The position numbers were made by a program, and so were the translations under genes. From Takakia lepidozioides (Eukaryota; Plantae; Bryophyta): a stretch of DNA of 64,000 bases. This document shows positions 51,568 through 62,365 of the stretch, in pieces. Position 1 is the stretch's first letter; the number at the start of each line of letters is the position of its first letter. Below the pieces are notes generated by a model. The model did not search any database. It had not been told where the DNA came from and saw nothing but the letters and a program-made list of their open reading frames with translations. The stretch covers positions 3,844,001-3,908,000 of the forward strand of contig CM060733.1 of NCBI GenBank assembly GCA_030704615.1, written 5' to 3'.

Positions 51568-53389
51568 TCACCCCACCATGCGCCCCTCCACATTAATACA
51601 TGTGAGATCAAAAACTAGCTCGGAATGCACCAAGTCCGTCAAGGAAACAGGTTCATCCCGCACTTCAGTATTGGAGCCTTGTGGAAGAAGGAGAGCACGT
51701 CGCCTCCGTAAAATCCAATATATCAAGTATGGACCGTCGATCTTGAGCTTAGATTTGCATGCATGTTTGCCATGCTGTAATCGAACACATACGGTCTGTC
51801 CCACCTGAAACAGGTTAGAATACTTGACACGCTTGTTAAAATTACGGGCCTGGGTTAGCTGAGCCTTACCAATGTTCGTTTTGGCATCATGGATAGACAC
51901 CGCATGCCGAGCATGAAAATCCTCAACAAAGGTATCAAGATTAACCGGATCAGCAACAGTAGAGATAAGAGGGGTAGAATACAAAGGAGAAACACATACA
52001 ACAACTCAAAAGGAGTCTTCTTGGTGTTAGCATGCACGGCGGTGCGATAAGCAAAGAGAATAGGGGGAAGAAATGTATCCCACTCCCTGGTAAGTGCGTC
52101 ATTCTTCTCCAACATTCGGTAAAGAATTTGGTTGAAGTGTTCCGTAAGGCCATTGGTCTGGGGATGGTATGGGGCTGTGATGGAATGCTTAACACCGAAA
52201 TTGAAGCAAACCACCGTGAGGAGCTGGTTACAAAACTCCTTGCCCTGATCCGTTAGTATTTCCCGAGGACACCCATGCCGCACAAGGATCTCATTGAAGA
52301 AGAACTGAGCTACAACATCACTAGCCTTGGAACACAAAGGCCGGACTTCTACCCACTTAGTCAAGTAGTCGGTAGCAACACAAAGGTAGCTTCGACCCTT
52401 TGATGTGAGTGCGAGGGGTTCTACTAAGTCAATGCCAACACGAGCATTTAAAGCATGGGTGACAGGCAAAGGCTGCAGCTCATACAAGATCCGGGCCCTA
52501 GGGAGAGCAATGTTAGCACGACAACCTTCACACTTAGAGATGAACTCCGTGACGTCTCGGTGAATTCCCAACCAATAGTATACCTCTTGGATGCGGGCCA
52601 CAGTTTTCTTGATACCAAGGTGACCCGCATACAAATAACAATGGAAACGCTCCAATAAAGCATTCAGCTGGCTCCGTGGTGGCATCTCCAAGTAGCATGA
52701 CACTCCCCCTCTAGTGAGCTCCTTAAAAAGCTTATCACCCATGAAACGGTGAGTAAACACTTGAATATAGAATTTGTTTACGCAATGACTCGGAAAGGCT
52801 AGCTGGCGAATGTCCTGATTGGCATCGCTGGAGTAGCGCATCATGTAGCTGATCATCCATGACTTTAAGTAGCAGGGATATGGAGAGTGGGCCGAGTGCT
52901 CGGCGAGCTGACCTCTGGAACCCAAGTGGAACAATACACCACCTTCAGCATCTTGTGTGACTGCAGCTCGTAGACTCCCAACGCCAGCCACTCCCAACCG
53001 TCAGCTTCTTTAAGCCAAAAACCTACGCGGGTTGTGTCACCCTCTCTCCACGTGCGCGAAAGCACAGTCGAGTTCCAGTAGTCACTCAATCTCTCAAACG
53101 CACTCGGGCGAACCACCTGCTATGAAGCAAATGTAGTACCCACACCCAAGACTTGTACTAGATCAGTCAAAGCCCCACCCTTCAAACCATCAACCAACTG
53201 TGAATAAGTAGGCGCCAAGGCGCAGGGTCGGAGCTGAAACCGTAATGCCCTCAAGATCAAAGCCCATGTGCCTTGTAACATTAACGACAACCAACTTCGC
53301 CCTACCACACCAAGGCCATGATGACGCTCCGCACTTCGAACACCAGAGAGAGGCAAATACAAACCTACTTCTAGACTCGTCCTTGGAAC
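51568..53389 (-). mobile_element. Degenerate Gypsy/Ginger-type DDE integrase (H2C2 zinc finger + rve core + GPY/F) with an N-terminal SRA-like extension and no RT/RNase H
   Basis: H..GHLGIKKT..YYW..C..C zinc finger; GIDLV, LTDQGKEF and YHPQTNGLTE DDE triad; FAYRT..TPFEL; KIDGPYLI in the next frame (51568-51984). Lesions: TAG at 53120-53122 and frameshifts near 52955 and about 51990. The integrase call is strong; the SRA-like extension is tentative. Confidence 0.88.
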
Positions 53390-53484
53390 CTGGTATTAAG
53401 ATACATAGAAAGCAAAGTTCGATAAAAAAAAGTAAGTGCATGTCAATCCAAACCAAAGGCAAAACCTTGCGCAAGGTGAAGCGC

Positions 53485-53806
53485 GAAGAGATTTGAATAA
53501 CCATAATAGTTATGGTTATGGTATGGATACTTCATTCCCATTTGCAGGGGAAGGGTAAGGGTTTAGACGTAACAATGGCGTAGAGTTTTGCTTAGGATTT
53601 TCAACGAGGGTTTAGGGCTTGGGTTGAAGACAGAAATGGTGAGCATACATGCTGGAAGACTCGCACTTGCTACAACTTAGTGTGTGTTAGTAGGGTACAA
53701 AATGGAAATTTGGATACATTGAAGAGATTTGGATAACCAAAATGGTTATGGTTATGGTTATGGTATGGAGAGTTGATTCCCATTTGCAAAGGGAAGGGAA
53801 AGGGTT
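53485..53806 (+). repeat. ~80-bp direct repeat, two copies
   Basis: GAAGAGATTTG.ATAACCA.AAT.GTTATGGTTATGG..ATTCCCATTTGCA..GGGAAGGG.AAGGGTT at 53485-53563 and 53721-53806. Confidence 0.85.
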
Positions 53807-53881
53807 CTGGGGTATTGGGTTAAGGATAAGTGGTTTCTGCATACACTATCCCTTGGTCACCAGGCTAAATTTCCAGTTTAT

Positions 53882-55492
53882 GTGCAGAGTTCCACCAAAC
53901 AGACTCCGGAATGGATTGCTGAGCTGCAGGCCATGGGATATCAGCCACCGCTGCTCCATCCAATCCCTGCTATTCAGGCTGTGTTGGCACAAACAAAGCC
54001 AACGGACTTCCATGCTAAAGTGCAAGCATTGGACTCAGCAGCTATTGATTCAGGTGATGACAATCCAATCCTGTTGCTTGAGATTTTGGCCCTAGAGGAC
54101 TGGGTTAAGCTATCCCTATCTGCAAATAAAAATGGCAAGTACATGATCAGTCTGATTGACTATCATGAACGTATGCCTACTATCCTTGAAGAGGATACCA
54201 AAGAACTCTCAGAATGTGGTCTTAAAGGAGAAAAGATTGAGGTTGCACTATGTCTGGCTAACCCTGAAGACGAACAGGCCCCTTCTACCCAGAAATCGTC
54301 CTCCAATGTTGAGCAGGATTTTACCCCCTCCGTCACCAATCACCCGCTTCTAAGTCACATGTGTCTTCCCGAACATGAAATTGATGCGGTGAAGGATTTC
54401 TGTGAGCATGTGGAAATGTCACAGGTGGAACAAGACAGGGCAGCAGGCGCTACCCCGGGGAATCAGCAATTTGTCCCTTGGACACCTCCTCGCTCCGTTG
54501 AGCTCGACGTGGCCAACAACGAGCACATGATGTGGCACCCGCAAGCCAACATCAACCTCTTAGCACCCATCTCCATCGAGATGTGGATGAAGTGGGGTAA
54601 CATCACTGATGCTGAACACCTACGTTGTTATCAGGATGCTATAGATGGTTTCCAGAGATTCAAAAAGGAGCCCATCGCTGTTGCATGGCCCTTAAAAACA
54701 TTTTATTATAAGCTCTGTGACAAAGGGGACAACATCACTCTTAGGACCAAAAATGATCCCCCTACTGGATCTGTCCGTTCCCGGAATCACAAAAGCCAAC
54801 TCTGGAACTGGCACAGGCCATACCTAAGATGTAATTGTGGACCTGGTGCTGCTCCGTCTGGATGTGTTGGAAGTGTGGCTTGGTTCGATCATTTGGTCTG
54901 GTACATGATTAACCATCTTGGGGCTTTCTTTCCTGATGCAACATACCCCTCAGCACAAAGCAAGTATTATAGCTTCATTGTATGGCTGATGAGGGCTGCC
55001 AGATCTGCAATACTGGCTCAGATAACATTCCAAATGATCCGGGAGCTCCTTTTGGAAGCAGCAGAAACTTTTGCCGATAACCCCAAGGCAAAATTGCTTG
55101 ATAAGGTACCGGACTCCAAAGGGGCTAGATTCATTGAGAGACTGATCAAACCTGGATCTTTCTCCGACAGCCTCCCCAAACCTACGTTTAATAGCTATAA
55201 ACGGCAACGCATTGAAGGGAACACTTTCCAGCAAACAGGGAGACCCAACAGGGGCAGGGGTGCTAATTTCAGAGGACGTGGGGGCTACCAAAGAGGTGGC
55301 AGGTTCGGGCAGAAACAACAATCTTTCTCCAACTCCGAGAATGCTAAGTCCGTAACCAGAACATCCAATGGAGGCTCTGGATCCAATTCCTGCTCCACAA
55401 TCGACATTGGGAGCCATGGGTCGAACCGATCCAAGCAGATGGCAGGAGAGTTCTCCCCAATCCACAAGAGGAACTTTGATGCCTGGGAATGA
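53882..55492 (+). CDS. Uncharacterised 536-aa ORF with RGG-rich C-terminus, probably TE-associated
   Basis: Long uninterrupted ORF in a TE-rich zone. It begins at a likely splice acceptor (TGTGCAG, about 53881-53887), contains CxC-x8-C..H, and ends in RGRGANFRGRGGYQRGGRFG. No family recognised. Confidence 0.55.
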   Translation: MQSSTKQTPEWIAELQAMGYQPPLLHPIPAIQAVLAQTKPTDFHAKVQALDSAAIDSGDDNPILLLEILALEDWVKLSLSANKNGKYMISLIDYHERMPTILEEDTKELSECGLKGEKIEVALCLANPEDEQAPSTQKSSSNVEQDFTPSVTNHPLLSHMCLPEHEIDAVKDFCEHVEMSQVEQDRAAGATPGNQQFVPWTPPRSVELDVANNEHMMWHPQANINLLAPISIEMWMKWGNITDAEHLRCYQDAIDGFQRFKKEPIAVAWPLKTFYYKLCDKGDNITLRTKNDPPTGSVRSRNHKSQLWNWHRPYLRCNCGPGAAPSGCVGSVAWFDHLVWYMINHLGAFFPDATYPSAQSKYYSFIVWLMRAARSAILAQITFQMIRELLLEAAETFADNPKAKLLDKVPDSKGARFIERLIKPGSFSDSLPKPTFNSYKRQRIEGNTFQQTGRPNRGRGANFRGRGGYQRGGRFGQKQQSFSNSENAKSVTRTSNGGSGSNSCSTIDIGSHGSNRSKQMAGEFSPIHKRNFDAWE

Positions 55493-55775
55493 TCAGTGAC
55501 AACCTAAAAATGGTATGTCCTTTCCCTTATGTATGCAGATTTGTTGTCTTTTGATGGAACAAAAAGAAAGAAAACCATGCATAAAGCAGCTGGTTTCTTA
55601 CACATATAATACCTTGAATAAACTAGTTTTATTTCGGGGTCTATGCTCAATACATACCCCAATCACACCATTAAGGTTGATATACTTGTTTCGGATACCC
55701 AGTTTGTCTAAAGGTAGCCTGATAATCCTTTTCAGGACATCTTCCGAAGGATTGGCATATGAGCAGGGAGAGTTT

Positions 55776-55847
55776 GCCCTTTTGGAGAGGAGTCTGGTAT
55801 GCACTCCCTTACGGGGTGAGTGCATACCACACTCACTCCGTAAGGGC
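55776..55847. repeat. Overlapping inverted repeats (two mutually exclusive hairpins)
   Basis: GAGTCTGGTATGCACTC pairs with GAGTGCATACCACACTC (16/17), and CCTTACGGGGTGAGTG pairs with CACTCACTCCGTAAGG (15/16). Confidence 0.8.
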
Positions 55848-58212
55848 CTGCCATACCAGGGGTTGGATGGTGGGATTCCCTCTCTCTCCCTCTCTCTCCC
55901 TCTGGACACTGGGCTTATGGAATTGTTGTCCCGACTTCCATCCTTGAGGAAATTGGAAAAAAAACTGCAAAATTGGGTTGTAGGGAATTTTGGATGTTCT
56001 TTATCCAAAATATTTTTTTTAGTGAAATATTTCTTCACTAAAAAACCTGTGAGTTGCAAAACTCCCGTCAGTTTATACTTTTTCAATCCAACCTAGATGA
56101 AAAAAAGACTTCATCTAACAGGACCTAAATACAGGGCAAGACAGGTTTTTTTTTTAAAATCCCCCATGTTTTTCATCTACCCTAGATGAAATACGGACTA
56201 CATCCGTTGAGTGCAAGACAGGATGAAAGCACGATGTCTTTCATCTTCCACGAATGAGAAACGGACAACGTCCGTCGGGCGGACAGACTGGCGGATGTTT
56301 TTTTTTATCCTGAGAAGGATGAATGACGGGCCAGACAGGGGAAAACCTTGCGCAACCTTAATGTCTTTCTTTTTGCGCTGCGAGAGCGCGCGCGATGGCG
56401 GCTTGTGAGGAGCGATGGTGCTCATGCTGCAGATACCTGAGCTGCCAATCCTTGAGTGTTTATGGCTCCTGTGAGCGACGCCTGGGCGGGCTCTTTAAGG
56501 CGATGGCGGTGGCTTAGAGATGAGGGAAGATTCCCTGTCTCAGTTGTTTGTTTTTTTGCTGCACAAGGGAACCGCGGCAGTGGCACCACCTGCATGCCTA
56601 GGACGTTTCCCTAGGAGCCCTCCTCTGGATCTTTGATGAATGGCGGCACAAGGAAGTCTCTCTCACTCCCTTTATAAACCCTACCTTTTGAAACCAAGTT
56701 TTTTTTTTTCTTGTGCTTGGCAAGACCTTGCTTTGGTTAAGGTAGCAGTGTTGTGGTGTTGGCGGAGTCCTCCCTGCATGGTTAGGCTTGTGGAGAGATG
56801 GCGACTCTCCCCCAAACAATAAAAAATGTTCTTTTTCTGTTGGTTTTGCTTCCTTGCTTACTTTGGCATTCTCTGCGCTTAGATTGAAGTGTATTTGACC
56901 TCGATAGCAAGTGTGGAAGCCTGCTACTCACCTCGTGCATCCTCACTAACTCACAATGCGTTGTGGTTGTTTTTGGGACGGGCACAGGTGAGGGCTTCCA
57001 CTTAATATTCTGATGTCTAGGTGCTGTTGGATGCCAAGTGGGATTGTAGAGCAGGGGAAGGAATCGCTTGCCAGGGACTCATCCTAAAATGTTGAAAAAC
57101 TAAACTACTCTATGGTTTTTCTTGATCCTGCCTCTTTCCTTCCTTGATTTTTGAATAAGAAGTGTAATACTTTCTACGATGGGCTAGTTCGGCCCAGCCA
57201 GTGGAAAACCTCTGTTATGTTGTGACAGCCGGGTTTATGATGGCTTGTGTGAGAGTGTTTTCCAGGCCCTAGTTTGTTTTGCTTACCTTATGGTAGTTGG
57301 AAACAAATTGAGAGGCTGCAAGGAACTGTTTGCTGCAACTACTCGGGTACCTCTGTTGGTAAAAGGCCCCTGTTATGTTCCAACCTAGATGGCTTTGTTA
57401 GCTAGATGCTTAGGCCAGGTTATGGTGAAGTTTCTGCCTGTGGCTATTCGGCTGACACTGAAATATGGCAGTAATATAAATGGTAACTGGTTTTTGAGGC
57501 AGCCAGGGTGGTCAAGTGGAAATACCCCCTGGACATGGTGTAATGACATGGTCAAATGTGGAATGATATGAAGGGTGTACTGACAGTATCATATACTGTC
57601 ACAGGATGTGTATGCAGTCCTTTATATTTACCTTGTTGTGTCATAAGCTTAGATTTTCAACTGTAGCAAGAAATAAAGGTATAGGGGTGTTCTGGAAAAC
57701 TTACTAGACATATCCATATCCCCTGTGGGGGCAAGCTGTACTGCACACCAGTCTAAAACAAATACTGGCAAACCTGTGATATCCAAGTGTTCCTTTTTTT
57801 TCTAACTCCATGACACCCATGGGGTTTTAGTAAGTATGCTTGGATTACAGCTTGCAGACAGTAAATCTGTATGACTATGTGACCTGCACCACATCAAGGC
57901 CAAAATATGGCCAAGTACCCGCCATCCCACCCAGACCTCTGTAAGTGTATCATGATCTTGACCGGTGGTCAATCAGCATCAGTGGCATACTCTCTGGATT
58001 ATGAATAATACTGACATGAACACATTACTGTACATGGATGTAATTCTGGATTTTCTAAGCTTGATGATTGATGGATGGTGCCACTGTTAAGTGGCTGATA
58101 TGTCTATTTATTCTTTCATGACAACGACCCTAGGGGTCATGTCTTTGTCTTGACATGACAAAAAGTATCTTCCCTCTCTTCTGTGCTGCTCTCTTTTAAG
58201 CTCCTGACACCC

Positions 58213-58642
58213 TAAATTCAAGGTCAGATGGTGGGTTCAGCTGCAACATATGTCCAATACCAGATATCCTAAGTTAATCGATTCTATATCTTGGAAACAG
58301 GACCGCCCTGTCAAACAGAGTGAGCCCTGGGAGAAGAGAGTAAAATAGATTCTCAAGGATCTGAATCTAGACCCGCAAGTCTTGACCTTGCTGGATAAAC
58401 TTGACTTAGAGAGTGTAGTGTCCAAAGCCATGTTTGTTACCAGAAAATTGTCCGATGAAAATGAAGTTAGAAAGAAAACTTCCCTGAACCTGTTTCCAGT
58501 CTGTGACATGGGGGAGGACATCATGGATGCGCTCAAGGGTCTATCCCACTCTTGGCACCAGACCTCAATTTAAAGTCAGGGCAAGAAGACTACCTTTGAA
58601 CAGTAAACAGAAGCAGAGAGAAAAGGGAGAGTGCAATTTCCC
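58213..58642 (+). mobile_element. Internal fragment of the same LINE family
   Basis: Encodes LLDKLDLESVVSKAM..LSDENEVRKKTSLNLFPVCDMGEDIMD, nearly identical to 34889-35128 (-). Confidence 0.8.
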
Positions 58643-60254
58643 TGACATCCTCTGCTGCTGCTGGTGCTTGAAGCGAGCTGGCACGGCGAGCTGCTGCGGT
58701 GCTGTCGCGGCTGCCAGCGGCGCGGGTCCCCGCCGCTGCAGGGCGTCTCTCCCCCGCTCACCACGGCTCTCTCTCTCTCTTCAGCTCGTTAGGTCGCGCC
58801 TCTGCGCGGCATTCCTACCACACAGGGAGAAAGACATCAGCCCGTGCTTAGGGCAAGAAAGAAAGACAGAAAGTGAGGGAGGAGGCGGTGCTTACCTTGG
58901 GCGTTGGAGCGGCGTTGGGGCAAACTCCTTGGGGCCTTGCAACCACCTCGGGCTCAGCAGCAGGTGCATTTCTCCTCCACCCTAAACCCCACTCTCTGAA
59001 CTACCTCTCTCCCAAAGAACAAACGAAAACGGGAGGGGAAAGAGATGCTTGAAGCACTTAGGGGAAAAAAAGGCGCGGCGCACACGTGCGACGCCCGGCC
59101 GTCGCACGCCAGCGCCCGCCCTTTTTTGAAATGTAAAAATGAAGATTGCGACGGCTGGCCGTCGTTTCTTGCGACCCCCGGCCCCATAAATAAAAAAACA
59201 CGTCGCCCCCCGCGACGGCTGTCCGTCGCGGGGTGCGACCCCTAGTTAAAAAATAAATAAATAACTCGTCGTCCAATGCGACGCCAGGGTGTCGCAGGAG
59301 GCGACGGCCGGCCTTTCTGGATTTAGGGTTTAGGGCCTTTTGGGTTTCTTAGTTTTTATTTTATTTATTTATTTATTTTCATATGGTACTGGGTTAGGGT
59401 GTTTGCTTTTCTTTATGGTGCTGGGTTTTGGATTGGCGATTTTGGTTGTGGGTCTTGGGGTTAAAAGGATAAACGGTGTAATTAGGATTCACATACCCAA
59501 AATGTGGTTCAATCTGATAATCGCAAAGCGCTGGGTCTCAACAAATTTTTCCATAGTGTGAGCATCCTGTAGATAGAACGAGAGGAAGGATTTATTGTCT
59601 TGGGCTCTAGCACCATAGGGATGCTCCGCCTTTGGTTACCAATTTTGAAAGCCCTGAGGCTGAGGCATAGGGTTTTTTTTTGCCAACAGTTTTTGAGAAA
59701 TGAAAGTATTGGTGGTGTGTGTTAATTAGGATGGGATGGTGAGGAAACATCAACCTGTCTCCCTCGAGGATGGGGAGGTAGTACCACATATCGATTGTGG
59801 CCCTAGAGCGACCATTTTTCGTGGCGAGGAGACACCCATTGCACCTGATCCAATACAGGCTGCCGGGCACAATCGTAGAAGGGACCGGGCCCAAATTTCA
59901 GGTGATGCAGAGGATGTTGACACTCCGGGATCGAGTCGGGCGCGCCGCGGGTTGACCCCTCGCGGGCCACCCCGTCCAACCACGTCCACCTTTGAACAAC
60001 CCCCCCCCCTGCTGACAGGATTGAGTGTTGGTGCACTAAGTGTTGGGAACGGATACCGCCGGGCGGCACCAGACCACCGAGGCAGCGACCGCATGTTGTC
60101 GAAAAACATTAGAAGAACAAGATTGCGGATGCGGCAAAGGTGAGTGTTTTTCCCACCTCTCTCATTAACATTCATTTAAGGTACATTTAGGTTTATCTAA
60201 TAATATAGTATGATTGGTAAGCATACATGAATCAAAATTACGACATAAGTATTG

Positions 60255-61373
60255 ATGCGTCGTTCACTACGCACATTGCAGCCACGACTTGATGCCCAAG
60301 CTCGCAATCACATTGCACATGAGGCATTTCGCGTCGGTCTACTTACAGAATTTGTGCCAGAGCATGTGCCCGATGTGACCAGTTGGTTCCCCCAGCAGCA
60401 CGTAGATGAAATGCGTAGGGTCGAGGGGTATCGTAGGTATCGTAGGCGTTATGGCCGGCGACGAGCAGGGTTCCCCCCCCCCCTCCAGTTTCCTCAGGCG
60501 GTCCCCCTGATTGTGGCCTCCCCCCCCCCCCCATCTGTTTATTTGCCTGATTCGGATGTTGTACCCCCAGCTGCACCTCCGACATTATATCCTCAACCAC
60601 CTCCACTTTCATCTCCTCTGCCAGCAGTACCACCTCCATCTCCACCATCACCACCACCTCCACCTCCACGTGCATGTGCCCCCCGAACCCCTAGGAGGGG
60701 TCGGCTTCGCCCTAGGTTTCCTCCCCTTCGGCTTGGGCGGCCTGAGCCGGATCCTCGTCCCCGATGGGAAGCGCATAGGACTATGTTACTGAGGACCATC
60801 CAGCCTCGTTGTTGGGGGGATCATCTCGACCCTCCCACCCCCATCCGAGAAAATGTGGAGTTCGAGTATTGGGGGGGACAGTATGTTGTGAGAGCCGCTA
60901 CAGACCCTGCTATGGATCGGGGTTTATTCACGGTCAATGATATTGTGGTTCTTCCTCGGAGAAACAGCATGGTGGACTTGTTTCCCTACTACGGTCCATA
61001 CTACACCTCCGCGGACTTCCATACATTACGCCTCGAAGCCGTATACATCGTACCCTACATTTTGTGTGTCAACGGACAGGATGTACGTAGACGGGGGTTG
61101 TCTCCCATTGAGATCAGATTTTGTGATGGTGACCCCGACATCTTTGGCAATGTTGCTGGGCTGGTCAATAGTTCTTTTGGTCATCCTAGGAGATCCAATG
61201 TAGTATGGGACGAGCGAAGCGATGGGCATGAGAGCTTTTGTGGTCATACGTCAGTATACTGTGAGGGGATGCACATGTTTGTGATGACATGTGCTAGTAG
61301 GACTATTAGGGCTGGCAGCGAACTATTTGCATCATACGAGTTCTCCCGGGATGATTGGGACCTCCGATTATAG
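60255..61373 (+). CDS. SET-domain protein with Pro/Arg-rich N-terminus, inside the CACTA element
   Basis: SET motifs in canonical order: DRGLFTVNDI (GxGLFAxxDI), FPYYG, DGDPDIFGNVAGLVNSS (GNxxRFINHS), SN, ASRTIRAGSELFASY (AxRxIxxGEELxxDY). ORF uninterrupted. A possible upstream exon lies at 59736-60139 (GTGAGT donor) but could not be joined in phase. Confidence 0.75.
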   Translation: MRRSLRTLQPRLDAQARNHIAHEAFRVGLLTEFVPEHVPDVTSWFPQQHVDEMRRVEGYRRYRRRYGRRRAGFPPPLQFPQAVPLIVASPPPPSVYLPDSDVVPPAAPPTLYPQPPPLSSPLPAVPPPSPPSPPPPPPRACAPRTPRRGRLRPRFPPLRLGRPEPDPRPRWEAHRTMLLRTIQPRCWGDHLDPPTPIRENVEFEYWGGQYVVRAATDPAMDRGLFTVNDIVVLPRRNSMVDLFPYYGPYYTSADFHTLRLEAVYIVPYILCVNGQDVRRRGLSPIEIRFCDGDPDIFGNVAGLVNSSFGHPRRSNVVWDERSDGHESFCGHTSVYCEGMHMFVMTCASRTIRAGSELFASYEFSRDDWDLRL

Positions 61374-62365
61374 CGTGAATGGGATGTGTATGATAGAAAT
61401 AGGGTTCCTTTGAGACAGGGATCGCGTAGAGGGGCATTGTAGATATTCTCATGATGTACTTTGTATACATCCGATTAATCGATTGATGTAAATTTTTTTC
61501 TTGTTGCTCGTGTGGGTTGCAACTTTGCTTATGTGATCTAAACATACTTATGCACATGTGGACCAAATATGAGCTTGAACCAAGTTGATTCAATGGGTCA
61601 TTCTAGTGTTGAACGCAGCTACGTGTCATAGAGACGGAAAATTGTGTTTCGCCTGCAGATGATTTTTTTTTTATTCCATTTCAAGCCATATGCTTAATGA
61701 TAGCATATGCAATGTGCGTGCAAAATTTGGGAGTAAACAAAAGTCATTTGGACCCATAACCAGATTTTGTTCTCTCATTTTGCATTGAGTTATCTTCAAC
61801 TTCATGCACTCTTCATAGAGAGTTCTGCAAAAGTGACTGTAGAAACACATTTTATTTTTTTTTCATTTGTTTTTTGTCCCATTTTTTGCATGGATGTAGT
61901 GGTGGAAAGCCTGATGTCACAGAACAAAATAGAGAATAAAATCATTACGCCCCTCAAAACCGCAATCTAAATGGAAAAATTTATTTTAAATTCATTTAAA
62001 TTCGATTTAATTCAAAATTGGTGCAAGGGTGAGTGCGTCGATGGGGAGGCATTTTTTTTCTCCCCCCCCTACTGGATCTTTGTACAGGTGTTGCACACAT
62101 ATTTAAGCACATGTAGGAAAAAATGAAGCTTGAGCCACATCCGTTTGTTGGGTGCAATGGCATGAGAGGATTTTCTTTCACATTAATAAACAAAAATTGG
62201 TTGATAGGGTGAATGCGTCATAGGGGGGGCAAATGATTTTGTTTGGGTTTGAAACTTTGCATGCGTGTACGTTGCGCACATACATGTAAATATTGAATGA
62301 CATATTTGATGCACACACACATTGAAGGTTGTTGTTTGCATTTTCGCTTATAATGAAGTGTATGG

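Noticed and set aside
59321-59335. TTTAGGG telomeric repeat
   Set aside because: Only two units; a common telo-box-like motif in TE and promoter sequence, not a telomere.
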